From assembly GCA_963835575.1 (NCBI GenBank), contig CAWIGG010000002.1, positions 416,001-480,000 on the forward strand: DNA of 64,000 bases, read 5' to 3'. The DNA comes from an uncultured Spirochaetota bacterium (lineage in GTDB: Bacteria > Spirochaetota > Brevinematia > Brevinematales > JAOACQ01). Positions within the stretch are counted from its first letter, which is position 1. Each line of letters begins with the position of its first letter. The translations under genes and the position numbers were made by a program. Below are positions 39,293 to 48,531 of the stretch, in pieces. The notes beneath the pieces were generated by a model. That model ran no database searches and was not told the DNA's origin. It saw only the letters and a program-made list of their open reading frames with translations.

Positions 39293-39899
39293 ATGATAGA
39301 AATAAAAACTTTGAAGATTCAATTTCCATCCAATAAACGCCTCAATATCGGCAATATTATTATAGCTGAAAAAGGCTCGTTCCTGATCTTCGGCGGCAAC
39401 GGGAGCGGAAAGACAACCCTGGTCCGCTGTATACTCGGACTTTATCAGGATTACAAAGGCAGTATCCTGCTGGACGGCAGGGACGCGAAAAGCCTCGGGC
39501 GGAAGGAGATCGCCGCTTTTATTTCCTACCTGCCGCAGACGGGCGGCGCCGATACGGATTTTACCGTTGAGGATTTTATCCGGCAGGGGCTTTATGCCGT
39601 TCAAAATGATTATATGGACGAGGTAGTCGATATTCTACGGTTAAAACCCTATCTGAAAAGGCGCTATTCGGAACTGAGCGGCGGCGAGAAACAGCTCTCG
39701 CGTATCGCCCGGGCGATGGCCGCGGACGTGAAATACAGCTTTCTGGACGAGCCCGACGCATTCCTCAGCAAAAAAAAACAGGGAGCTTCTGTTTGACCTG
39801 ATCGACTGGTTCGCTAAAAGGCGGAGCGTTGTGATCATATCACATGCGGATATACAGGGGAGGAAGAAGCCGGAGACGCTGCTGGAACTGGAGGAGTGA
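39293..39899 (+). pseudogene. ABC transporter ATPase with frameshift in an A9 run (39770-39778)
   Basis: GGNGSGKT, LSGGEKQ, FLDEP; removing one A restores ...VVIISH (H-loop) to TGA 39899; may be a sequencing error. Confidence 0.75.
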
Positions 39900-40209
39900 A
39901 ATTTGCCACGGAGACAGAGTACACAGAGGTCTGGGTTGATATTGGTGTGTCCGGTGATTAGTGGCGCTTTATGGCGGATTTACAGGCATTTATTATAATA
40001 GACTGTAATGGAAAAAAAACAGGAAGCCGGGAAGGCTTGAAGAACTACGAAGGAAAGGAACGGAAACCGCAAATGGACGCGAATAAACGCGAATGGGAAT
40101 TGCGGGTGATGCGTGAGTTTTTGGGTGTCTTTTGAATTAAACGGAACGAAAACGGTGCATTATTGTCAGGAATTCGATGTCTGATAACGATAGGACAGCC
40201 ATAGAAAGG

Positions 40210-40235
40210 GTAGAGACGCGCGGCGTGCGTCTCCC
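40210..40235 (+). repeat. GTAG-type REP upstream of RAYT
   Basis: GTAGAGACGCGCGGCGTGCGTCTCCC hairpin. Confidence 0.8.
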
Positions 40236-40246
40236 GTAAATTATAT

Positions 40247-40894
40247 ATGGCATTATTTAAAAACAAATACCGGATTGAATCGAACCGGCGGAAAGGGTGG
40301 GATTATTCAGGTCCGGGATATTATTTTGTAACCATTTGCGTAAAAAACAGGGAATTTTTATTCGGACAAATACAGGATGGGGAAATGATGTTGTCGGAAA
40401 CCGGGGAAATTGTACAAAAAATATGGAATGAGATACCTGATCATTTTGATAACGCGGGATTGGATTGTTTTATTATAATGCCCAATCATATACATGGAAT
40501 TATAACAATAGAAGAGACGTTTTGCCGTAGAGACGTTGTATGCAACGTCTCTACGGGGGCGGTTAATATGGGGGATAATACGAGGGGTAATGCGGTGTCA
40601 GATAATGCGGGGATGGAAAATACGGGGACGGGGATAACGATGGCGGGAATATCGCCGAAAACGGGATCATTGTCCGTGGTATTGCGGTCATTTAAATCCG
40701 CGGCGACGAAACGGATCAATGAATCCCGAAAAACACCGGGCGAAACAATATGGCAATCCCGGTATTACGACCATATTATCCGGGACAGACGGGAATTAAA
40801 ACGGGTGCGTGAATATATCTCGAACAATCCCCAAAATTGGGCGAATGACGAAATGTACGGCAATACAGCCGTTTCATTGACCGGGACAGAATAA
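40247..40894 (+). CDS. REP-associated tyrosine transposase (RAYT, Y1 HUH)
   Basis: YFVTIC, MPNHIHG (HUH), WQSRYYDHIIR, YISNNP; flanking REPs. Confidence 0.92.
   Translation: MALFKNKYRIESNRRKGWDYSGPGYYFVTICVKNREFLFGQIQDGEMMLSETGEIVQKIWNEIPDHFDNAGLDCFIIMPNHIHGIITIEETFCRRDVVCNVSTGAVNMGDNTRGNAVSDNAGMENTGTGITMAGISPKTGSLSVVLRSFKSAATKRINESRKTPGETIWQSRYYDHIIRDRRELKRVREYISNNPQNWANDEMYGNTAVSLTGTE
40525..40556. repeat. REP palindrome inside the RAYT coding sequence
   Basis: ccgtagagacgttg-tatg-caacgtctctacgg, perfect 14-bp arms. Confidence 0.85.
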
Positions 40895-40924
40895 AACCCG
40901 CGGTGTATAAAAACGTACCGCGAT

Positions 40925-40951
40925 CGTAGAGACGCTGCATTGCAACGTCTC
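40925..40951 (+). repeat. GTAG-type REP downstream of RAYT
   Basis: cgtagagacgctgcattgcaacgtctc. Confidence 0.8.
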
Positions 40952-41023
40952 AAAAATGAAACGTTTTTAAAACAGGGTTAGATAAACAATAAAAAAGAAC
41001 ATAAAACAAACAGGAGACGCAAA

Positions 41024-43177
41024 ATGAGATATCCATCGTCATTATTATAACCGCGGCGCTGATGTGCGCGTGCGGGGGAGGGACGCACCCCGCGATGGTG
41101 AAGCAGACAAAAATAGAGAAAAAACAAGGAATTTCTTCCTATGATGACGCTGTTCAGAAAATAGCCAATTATTTTACGACAAAGGAATACACAGGGAAAA
41201 TAAAATATTATACATCAAAGGATTTCAAGGAACCGGAGGAACTGACAAAAGCCATTCAGACAATAAGCATTTCAAATAAGGATTTCAGCTATACAAAGCT
41301 TCTTCAGGATGAAATTCTGGCAAGGAATAAAAACCTTCTTCAAGACAATATCGATCAGAAAAATCTTTAATTTCACAATATGGTACGACCAGAAAGCCGC
41401 AAAGAACGGAGCATCTAAACAGGGAGGTCTGAATCTGACCGAAAGGGAAAACCTGGACAGGATCAATAAAATAGAAAAAAATAGCTATCAAATGGATTAC
41501 TGAGACGAAGTTTCAGGAAAGGAATTGGCTAAAATTAAAACTGAAATCAAAGCGGAAGATTTATACAGGACTAACAATAACTATTTTGTCCGTTACTATT
41601 GGCTGAACGGTATCGGCCTGAAAGACGCCGGTGTGGAATGGAAAACAAACCTTCCTTATATAGGAGATGTGAAGCAGCTCAATAAAGAAGAGATAAAGCA
41701 AAGACTTTACAGCGAGATGTCCTTTATGGCCCTGAAGGATGAGAATGAAATAAAAATGGACACATACAAGGAGGAGACAAAGAAGGTCTATGAGGAAAGG
41801 CTGAAAAGTGTTCAGAGCAATGTCAATAAAATAGAGGAATATGAAAAGCTCGGCGGGCCGCTGATTCCCCAGGGAACGGTGGTTTATAACGACACCGGCA
41901 AAGAGATAAAAGCCAGAATTACATCCTACGCCGACCCGAACTAGATCGGGGTTTATGCGCCATCGGATCAATTCCAGGAGGGGCAGCAGGATTTATACAG
42001 CTATGATGCCAGCGCTTTTTCCAGCATGTCCTTAATATCGAAAAAATATGTCGAATTGGGGACTCCATTGGGCCAGGCCATATTCAACGCGGAAGAAGGT
42101 TATCTTGAATATGCCGTGCTTCTACCCAATATCTACAAGCTGGATCAGAAAGGCAAAGTAATCTACGACACATTGAATAATAAAAATAAGATCAATGAAA
42201 AAATACCGGATTATTTCGGCAACCCTATGCTGGGCATGAACTATGACATTACCCATGACCTGTCGTGGGGGGTGGATGTGGATAGGAATAGATTTAGTAT
42301 ACCGGAAGGAAAAGATCAAGGTGGTGGGACTTATTTTTATTCTACATATAAAAACCTGAATTGGTTGTCTGGTTATAATTACAATACCATAAGAGAGTTA
42401 AGAAACCAAAAGAAATTGGTGGAAATCAAGACATCTTGTTCTTTTAATGTAATCAATGACAAATATTTTTATGGATCATTACAAGTTATAGGTAGTAATG
42501 TATATTTAGGAAATTTATTGTTATACTCTGAAGATAAGTTTAAAAAGTATCCGGTTTATACTTATATAACTACGATTGATTCTTTATTATGGTCGAATAC
42601 AAATAATTGGATTTATTACAAGCCTCAAAATAAAATGCAATTATTTCAGGAAAAAGAAACAGTGTATAAAGGCATTCCTTCTTATTTTTCTACACCATAT
42701 GCTTATGACTGGAGCTTTAATCCGGATAAAGAAGAAAATCTCTGGATTGATATTTACCCAATTCAAAATGATAAAGCTATTAAAAGAATTTTTGTAAAAG
42801 ATATAAAAATCAGAGAAAAAATAAAAGAATTTATTGAAAAAACAAAGTCAAAAAGGAAGCTTGATAAGGTACCGGAAGTTACTTCTATCAGATTTATCAG
42901 CGATGATATAAATGGCTTGATTTATTTTGATGTAAAATTGGATTTGGAATATTATGATTTTGCACCATTGGTTATGGCTATTGATAGAGATGGAAATTTA
43001 AAATTGTTAGCAAGACTCTGGAACGCGGCAGGAGATGTAAAAGCCATAAAAGAAACCGCCAGGATGGGCTCGGGTTTTTATGATTACCGGGCGGTTTTAA
43101 CGACGAATGGGGATATATTTACAATCTGGAATGGGTCGAAGGGCATCGGCATAGGCAAATTAGAGATGGGAAAATAG
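41024..43177 (+). pseudogene. Fragmented lipoprotein gene (about 700 codons)
   Basis: RBS and ATG 41024; lipobox-like LMCAC in a shifted frame; ORFs 41309, 41525 and 42026 share one frame, separated by single TGA (41501) and TAG (41942) stops; another frameshift near 41360. Confidence 0.65.
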
Positions 43178-43321
43178 GGGTTTACCCATAATTCCTCCGT
43201 TACCAGCATACTGCTCCAAAACTCAGCCATGCGTCGAATGAACTCTTTAAAACATCAATATGATTAATAGTTCTTTATGCTCAGGTTTACAGACATTTAT
43301 AGTAATAATACGTTAGGGAAT

Positions 43322-43439
43322 AACCACAGGAATCACAGAACACTGAGAACACGGAGATACTTAATATAAATTAACTTTTTTTAATTTATAAAGATTCCTC
43401 TGTGTTCACTTCGGCTAACGCTCAGTGTATCGCTCCGTG
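43322..43439. repeat. Inverted CAC.GAG 9-mer repeat array with a 26-bp insert at 43407-43432
   Basis: accacagg..cacagaa cactgagaa cacggaga / ctctgtgtt[..]ctccgtg. Confidence 0.7.
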
Positions 43440-43456
43440 ATCGGAGTTTATCTTGA

Positions 43457-43510
43457 CCCCTCACCACTTTGTTAGCTTTTTTTAGTGTAGCCCAACAAAG
43501 TGGTGAGGGG
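43457..43510. repeat. 54-bp hairpin repeat, copy 2 (opposite orientation)
   Basis: cccctcaccactttgtt...aacaaagtggtgagggg. Confidence 0.85.
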
Positions 43511-43668
43511 CGAAGGATGTTAAAAATTTGCTTTTGGGATAATCCCATATTTAAAATTTATAATATACACCGATGCCGATATCCGTAATATCTTTCGTTT
43601 TCTTGTTAAATTAGCAGTTTTCCTATAAAATCTATTCTTTAAAATTTAATGCATACCGGAGGTTTTAG

Positions 43669-44772
43669 ATGCGGATAGTGCTGGATGCCAGAATGGCCGG
43701 AATGTCGGGAATCGGAAGATATATTGAATCCATTATTCCAATAATAAAAAAAAGTCATGAGCTTATCATGATAGGGAATAAAAATGACCTGGATAAATAT
43801 GGAGTGGAAATCATTTCATCCAATGCGAAGCCTTATTCCCCGGCCGAACAATTGGATCTGCCGTTAAAAATCCCGCAGACAGATCTCTTCTGGACCCCGC
43901 ATTTTAACGCGCCGTTTATGCCGGTTAAAGCCGGAAAAAGGGCCGTGACAATCCATGATGTTTTTCATCTGACAAGGTCGGCCCCATATGGGGTCGTAAA
44001 AAGAATGTATGCCCGGTCTCTCTATGCAAACGCCGTTAAAAAATCGGATATTATCTTTACCATATCTGAATTCACAAAGAGCGAGATCCTCCGTTCTTTC
44101 CCGTTTATTGAAAAGCATCAGGATAAGATTAAAGTGATATACCGGTATCCCGATCAGATGTTTGATAGGATTGAAGAAAGCGATAAAAAAGCGAAGACTT
44201 TTTTAAAGAAAGCCGGAATTCCGGAGAACTATATTCTTTATGTCGGAAATATCAAGCCGCATAAAAATATTGAAGGTCTTTTAAGGGCATTCAGCCTGGC
44301 GTCAGGCAAAGTCCCCGGATATAATCTAGTCTGTGTCGGTCAGAAGGACAAATTTTTAACAGGTTTCAATCAAAGAGAAGACCTCATAGAATCGCTTCTT
44401 ATTAAGAAAAAAGTGTTTTTTACAGGAATTATTAACGATGAGGAGCTTGTTCAGCTCTATAATCACGCCCGGCTCTTGATACTGCCGTCTTTTTACGAGG
44501 GATTCGGCCTGCCGCCTCTTGAGGCCATGGCATGCGGCTGTCCGGTGATTGTTTCAGATATCCCTCCGCTTAAGGAAGTTTGCGGCGAAGCCGCCTTTTT
44601 TATTACTCCTTCATCGGTGGAGAGCATTATGAACGGCTTGATCATCATGATAAAGGATGAAAAACTCCGCTCAAAACTGATAGAAAAAGGTTATAAACAG
44701 GCCGCGCGTTTTAAGAAAGAGAAGATAGAAGCGGCATATTCGCGCGAGCTTAAAAAAGTACTGGCCGGATAG
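43669..44772 (+). CDS. Glycosyltransferase family 4
   Basis: SGIGRY, VTIHD, YVGNIKPHKN, EGFGLPPLEAMACG. Confidence 0.92.
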   Translation: MRIVLDARMAGMSGIGRYIESIIPIIKKSHELIMIGNKNDLDKYGVEIISSNAKPYSPAEQLDLPLKIPQTDLFWTPHFNAPFMPVKAGKRAVTIHDVFHLTRSAPYGVVKRMYARSLYANAVKKSDIIFTISEFTKSEILRSFPFIEKHQDKIKVIYRYPDQMFDRIEESDKKAKTFLKKAGIPENYILYVGNIKPHKNIEGLLRAFSLASGKVPGYNLVCVGQKDKFLTGFNQREDLIESLLIKKKVFFTGIINDEELVQLYNHARLLILPSFYEGFGLPPLEAMACGCPVIVSDIPPLKEVCGEAAFFITPSSVESIMNGLIIMIKDEKLRSKLIEKGYKQAARFKKEKIEAAYSRELKKVLAG

Positions 44773-44835
44773 TATGAATGCGTTTTTTATTAAAATCTAA
44801 ATTGAACGATATACTTTTAATAGTATATATAATTG

Positions 44836-44874
44836 CGCTTTTCCACCCCGCGCGAAGCGCGGGGTGGAAAAGCG
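44836..44874. repeat. Perfect 18-bp hairpin with GAA triloop
   Basis: cgcttttccaccccgcgc-gaa-gcgcggggtggaaaagcg. Confidence 0.8.
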
Positions 44875-44940
44875 ATTATTATTTGTCATTATTAAAAAAT
44901 TGTTCGATTTAAGTATAAAACATTTCTTTTAGGAGAGCAA

Positions 44941-46179
44941 ATGCAGGCGCTCATTTTAGCGGGCGGATTCGGGACAAGGCTTTCCCATATTGTGAAGGAT
45001 TTACCGAAGCCGATGGCGCCCATTCAAAATAAGCCTTTTCTGGAAATCCTGATCTCATATTTAAAAAAACAGGGAATCAATGATATTATTTTGTTAACTG
45101 GTTATAAAAGCGAAAGTATCGAGGCGTACTTCCAGGAGGGTAAAAAATCCGGTCTTTCTGTACGCTATTCGATTGAGAAGGAGCCGCTGGGAACCGGCGG
45201 CGCAGTCAAAAAGGCGGCTCTCACAATGGTCCAGGATGAGGATTTTCTCCTGATCAACGGCGATACTTATTTTGATGTGGACTGTAAATACCTCATGGAT
45301 TTTCATAAAAGAAACGCCGCGCTTCTGACTATTGCCCTGAAATATAAAGAGGATGTCAAGCGGTACGGTTCTGTCAGGCTTGAGGACGGCCGGATTATGG
45401 AATTTATCGAAAAAAGCGATTGTCTTGAGGACGGCTTGATCAACGGCGGCGTTTCTGTTTTGAGTAAAAAAGCGCTTCAATATTTTAAAAAGGATGGATT
45501 TCTTTCCATAGAAAAAGAAGTGATGCCTCTTCTCCTCGATGAAGGAAAGGTTTACGGCGTTCCCTTCGGCGGGAAATTCATCGATATCGGCGTGCCCAGG
45601 GATTATTACCGCGCCGGTAAAGAAATCCCGGGATGGCTTAAAAAGCCCAAAATTAAAGCGGCTTTCCTCGACAGGGACGGCGTTCTGAATGTGGATGAAG
45701 GTTATACTCATAAAGCGGAGGATTTGCGCCTAGTGGACGGCGTGATTCCTTTCTTAAAAGATTTGAGGAAAATGGGTTTTAAGTTTATTATAATTACGAA
45801 CCAGGCGGGGATCGGCAAGGGGTTGTTTAAAAATGAAGACTATGACCATTTTCAAGAAACATTATTAAAAAAACTGAGCCGGGAAGGGATAGAGATCATA
45901 GACAGTTTTTACAGCCCGTATCACCCCGAAGCGGTCCTTGAGGAATATAAAAAGGAGAGCCTGTTAAGAAAACCCGGGCCGGGGATGGTTCTTCTTGCCG
46001 CCGATAAGCATCATATCGACCTGAACCGGAGCATCATGATCGGCGACAGGGACAGCGACCGCATCAGGCTCCCTTATTTAAGGTCCTTTATTTTAAAAAG
46101 CAGGTACGGGAGCAATCCTGAATTCAAGACATATGCGGATTTCAACGAAATTACGGAGGCTCTGAAAAATGGGAAATGA
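44941..46179 (+). CDS. Heptose-1-phosphate guanylyltransferase (HddC) fused to heptose-1,7-bisphosphate phosphatase (GmhB)
   Basis: LAGGFGTRL..PKPMA, LGTGGA, NGD; then FLDRDGVL, ITNQAGIG, RKP.PGM, MIGDRDSD. Confidence 0.9.
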   Translation: MQALILAGGFGTRLSHIVKDLPKPMAPIQNKPFLEILISYLKKQGINDIILLTGYKSESIEAYFQEGKKSGLSVRYSIEKEPLGTGGAVKKAALTMVQDEDFLLINGDTYFDVDCKYLMDFHKRNAALLTIALKYKEDVKRYGSVRLEDGRIMEFIEKSDCLEDGLINGGVSVLSKKALQYFKKDGFLSIEKEVMPLLLDEGKVYGVPFGGKFIDIGVPRDYYRAGKEIPGWLKKPKIKAAFLDRDGVLNVDEGYTHKAEDLRLVDGVIPFLKDLRKMGFKFIIITNQAGIGKGLFKNEDYDHFQETLLKKLSREGIEIIDSFYSPYHPEAVLEEYKKESLLRKPGPGMVLLAADKHHIDLNRSIMIGDRDSDRIRLPYLRSFILKSRYGSNPEFKTYADFNEITEALKNGK

Positions 46180-47203
46180 AATTGTCAGAAGTAAAGCTCC
46201 TCTCCGCCTTGGACTGGCAGGCGGAGGAACAGATGTTTCCCCTTATTCGGAATTGTACGGCGGGGCGGTCCTGAACGCGACGATCGATATGAGCACTTAT
46301 ACAACTCTGGAAGTATTAAGCAGGCCCGTTATCATAATGGAAGCCCTGGAAAGGAATGAAAGCTGTGAATATCCTTTAACGGACGCTCTTCCTCTGGACG
46401 GCGAACTTCTGCTTCATAAGGGAATATATAACCGTGTCATAAAGGAATTTAATAATGGAAAGCCCATTCCCGTCAGAATAACGACCCATTCAGACGCGCC
46501 GGCCGGTTCAGGCCTGGGCACGTCTTCCGCCCTGGTTGTTTCGATTTTATCCGCTTTTCAGGAGCTGTTGAGCCTTCCACTCGGGGAATATGAGCTCGCG
46601 CATCTGGCTTATGAAATTGAGAGGATTGACCTGAATATGGCAGGCGGCAAACAGGACCAGTACGCGGCGACGTTTGGCGGCTTTAATTTTATTGAATTTT
46701 ACAAGGAAGATAAAGTGATTGTCAATCCTCTGCGTATAAAGAAAAAGTTCATCAATGAACTGCAGTACAATCTCTTCCTTTATTTTACGGGAACAAGCCG
46801 CCTTTCTGCCGAGATCATAAAAAAACAGGTGGAGAATGTGCAGAGCGGGAAGAAAAAATCGATCGACGCCATGCATAAGCTTAAAGAGCAGGCTGTGATG
46901 ATGAAAGAGGCCCTGCTTAAAGGCGAAGTAAATAAGATAGGGGAAATTTTGAACTACGGCTGGCAGTATAAGAAGGAGATGACAGGTAATATATCCAACT
47001 CCGTGATAGATTCCATTTATGATACGGCATTAAAATGCGGCGCAATCGGCGGAAAGGTTACAGGCGCCGGCGGCGGCGGTTTTTTGATGATCTACTGCGA
47101 CGGATTAAAGCGGTATGATATCCGGAAAGGCCTGGAAAAATTCGGCGGCAGTTTTGTCGATTTTCATTTCAGCGAGCAGGGCGCCGAGGCATGGAGACTT
47201 TGA
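46169..47203 (+). CDS. hddA: D-glycero-alpha-D-manno-heptose-7-phosphate kinase
   Basis: KAPLRLGLAGGGTD, PAGSGLGTSS, GGKQDQY, GAGGGGF. Confidence 0.9.
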   Translation: MGNEIVRSKAPLRLGLAGGGTDVSPYSELYGGAVLNATIDMSTYTTLEVLSRPVIIMEALERNESCEYPLTDALPLDGELLLHKGIYNRVIKEFNNGKPIPVRITTHSDAPAGSGLGTSSALVVSILSAFQELLSLPLGEYELAHLAYEIERIDLNMAGGKQDQYAATFGGFNFIEFYKEDKVIVNPLRIKKKFINELQYNLFLYFTGTSRLSAEIIKKQVENVQSGKKKSIDAMHKLKEQAVMMKEALLKGEVNKIGEILNYGWQYKKEMTGNISNSVIDSIYDTALKCGAIGGKVTGAGGGGFLMIYCDGLKRYDIRKGLEKFGGSFVDFHFSEQGAEAWRL

Positions 47204-47294
47204 TAGCTATTAGCTATTAGCTATTAGCTATTAGCTTTTAGCTATTAGCCCGAAGCCAGAAGCTAGAAGCTAAAGGCTAAAGGCTAATAGCTGA
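47204..47294. repeat. Inverted heptamer tandem array (TAGCTAT)n / (RGCTARA)n
   Basis: About 6.5 units of TAGCTAT followed by about 6 complementary degenerate units. Confidence 0.85.
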
Positions 47295-47384
47295 TCCGGT
47301 GATATTCTTGCGATAAAAATCAATGTAAACTAGAATAGGTTAATATTAAGCAGGGTTAAAGCCCTTATTGTTTGATAAGAAGTT

Positions 47385-48416
47385 ATGGAAAATAGAATAT
47401 ATAAAAAAAGTTTTTATCTTCTCGCGCTTCTGCTGATACCCGCTTTACTCTCCGGCTGGCGGAGCTATTCCCGTTATTTTGCGGGGAGCGACGCCGACGG
47501 GATAGGGGGAGCGGCGGTAGCCGACGCCTCGTCGGAAACAGCCGTTTATTATAACCCTGCCGGACTGGTTCAGACGCAGTCAATGAAATCCAACCAGAAT
47601 TTCTTTTTTATGTATGAAGTTTCCACAAGCCTCTTTATCTCCGACTTGTTTGCCTGGGATGTGACCGCCAAATTCGACACTTTCCCGTTTTTTGCCGTTG
47701 CCTATAACGGATGGGATTTAAAAGCGGGCCTTTCAATCAATACATTATTTTATTCACAGAATAAAGAGAACGATTTTACTTTACACACTGCCCATCTTAC
47801 ATTCGCTTTTCCAATCGGTGATTCTCTATCTATCGGATTCGGCGGAGGCCCCGCTTTTGCTCTGGAGAGATCGGGGGTGGGTTATTCCTATGACTACACG
47901 GCCGGTATTTTATGGAAATTACTGCCGGAATTGAAAATCGGGGCCTGTTTTCATTCGCCTATTTCAATTGCCTGGTCATCAACAGAGGTCGGCAAAAGCC
48001 TTTCGGAAACATTCCCCTCAATTACCGAGCTTGGGCTGGCTTATAATATGAGCGGAACGTCCGTATACTTTTTCAGTCTTGATTATACCGATGTGGATTC
48101 AATCCGCTATATTCTGGATGGGAGTGATTATTCTCCGGCAATAGGGAATAACTTTATGGCCAGGCTCCATCTGCATACCGGTTTCCGCTTTCTTGAGGAG
48201 AATACCGGAGCGCATATTTCGGCCGGTTTTATGACAGGCAGTTTTAATTATGATAAAGGGAGCATCAACCAGTATCTTTTGACTTTAGGGGTCCGCGCCT
48301 ACGGCGAAGATATGGTATTCAGGGCCTCGCTTATCGATGCTCTTATTCTTGGTTTATTTTTTTCAGGGAATGTGCCGGATGAGCAGATTAATTTAAGCTT
48401 TGACTTTAATTTTTGA
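47385..48416 (+). CDS. Outer-membrane beta-barrel (FadL/OmpP1/PorV-like)
   Basis: GIGGA.VA...AVYYNPAGL motif; C-terminal FDFNF. Confidence 0.7.
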   Translation: MENRIYKKSFYLLALLLIPALLSGWRSYSRYFAGSDADGIGGAAVADASSETAVYYNPAGLVQTQSMKSNQNFFFMYEVSTSLFISDLFAWDVTAKFDTFPFFAVAYNGWDLKAGLSINTLFYSQNKENDFTLHTAHLTFAFPIGDSLSIGFGGGPAFALERSGVGYSYDYTAGILWKLLPELKIGACFHSPISIAWSSTEVGKSLSETFPSITELGLAYNMSGTSVYFFSLDYTDVDSIRYILDGSDYSPAIGNNFMARLHLHTGFRFLEENTGAHISAGFMTGSFNYDKGSINQYLLTLGVRAYGEDMVFRASLIDALILGLFFSGNVPDEQINLSFDFNF

Positions 48417-48531
48417 ATTTTTCATGCAAAGCTTGTATTGTCCCTCGACCCGGCTCGGGAACCAAGCTTGCCGAATGTGATGCCCCCGTTGACAGAAATC
48501 CGGGTTTTTAATATACTTTTCAAGACCAGAA

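Noticed and set aside
41501..41944. In-frame TGA and TAG as stop-codon recoding
   Set aside because: The same gene also has frameshifts, and other genes here end normally at TGA/TAG; pseudogenisation is simpler.
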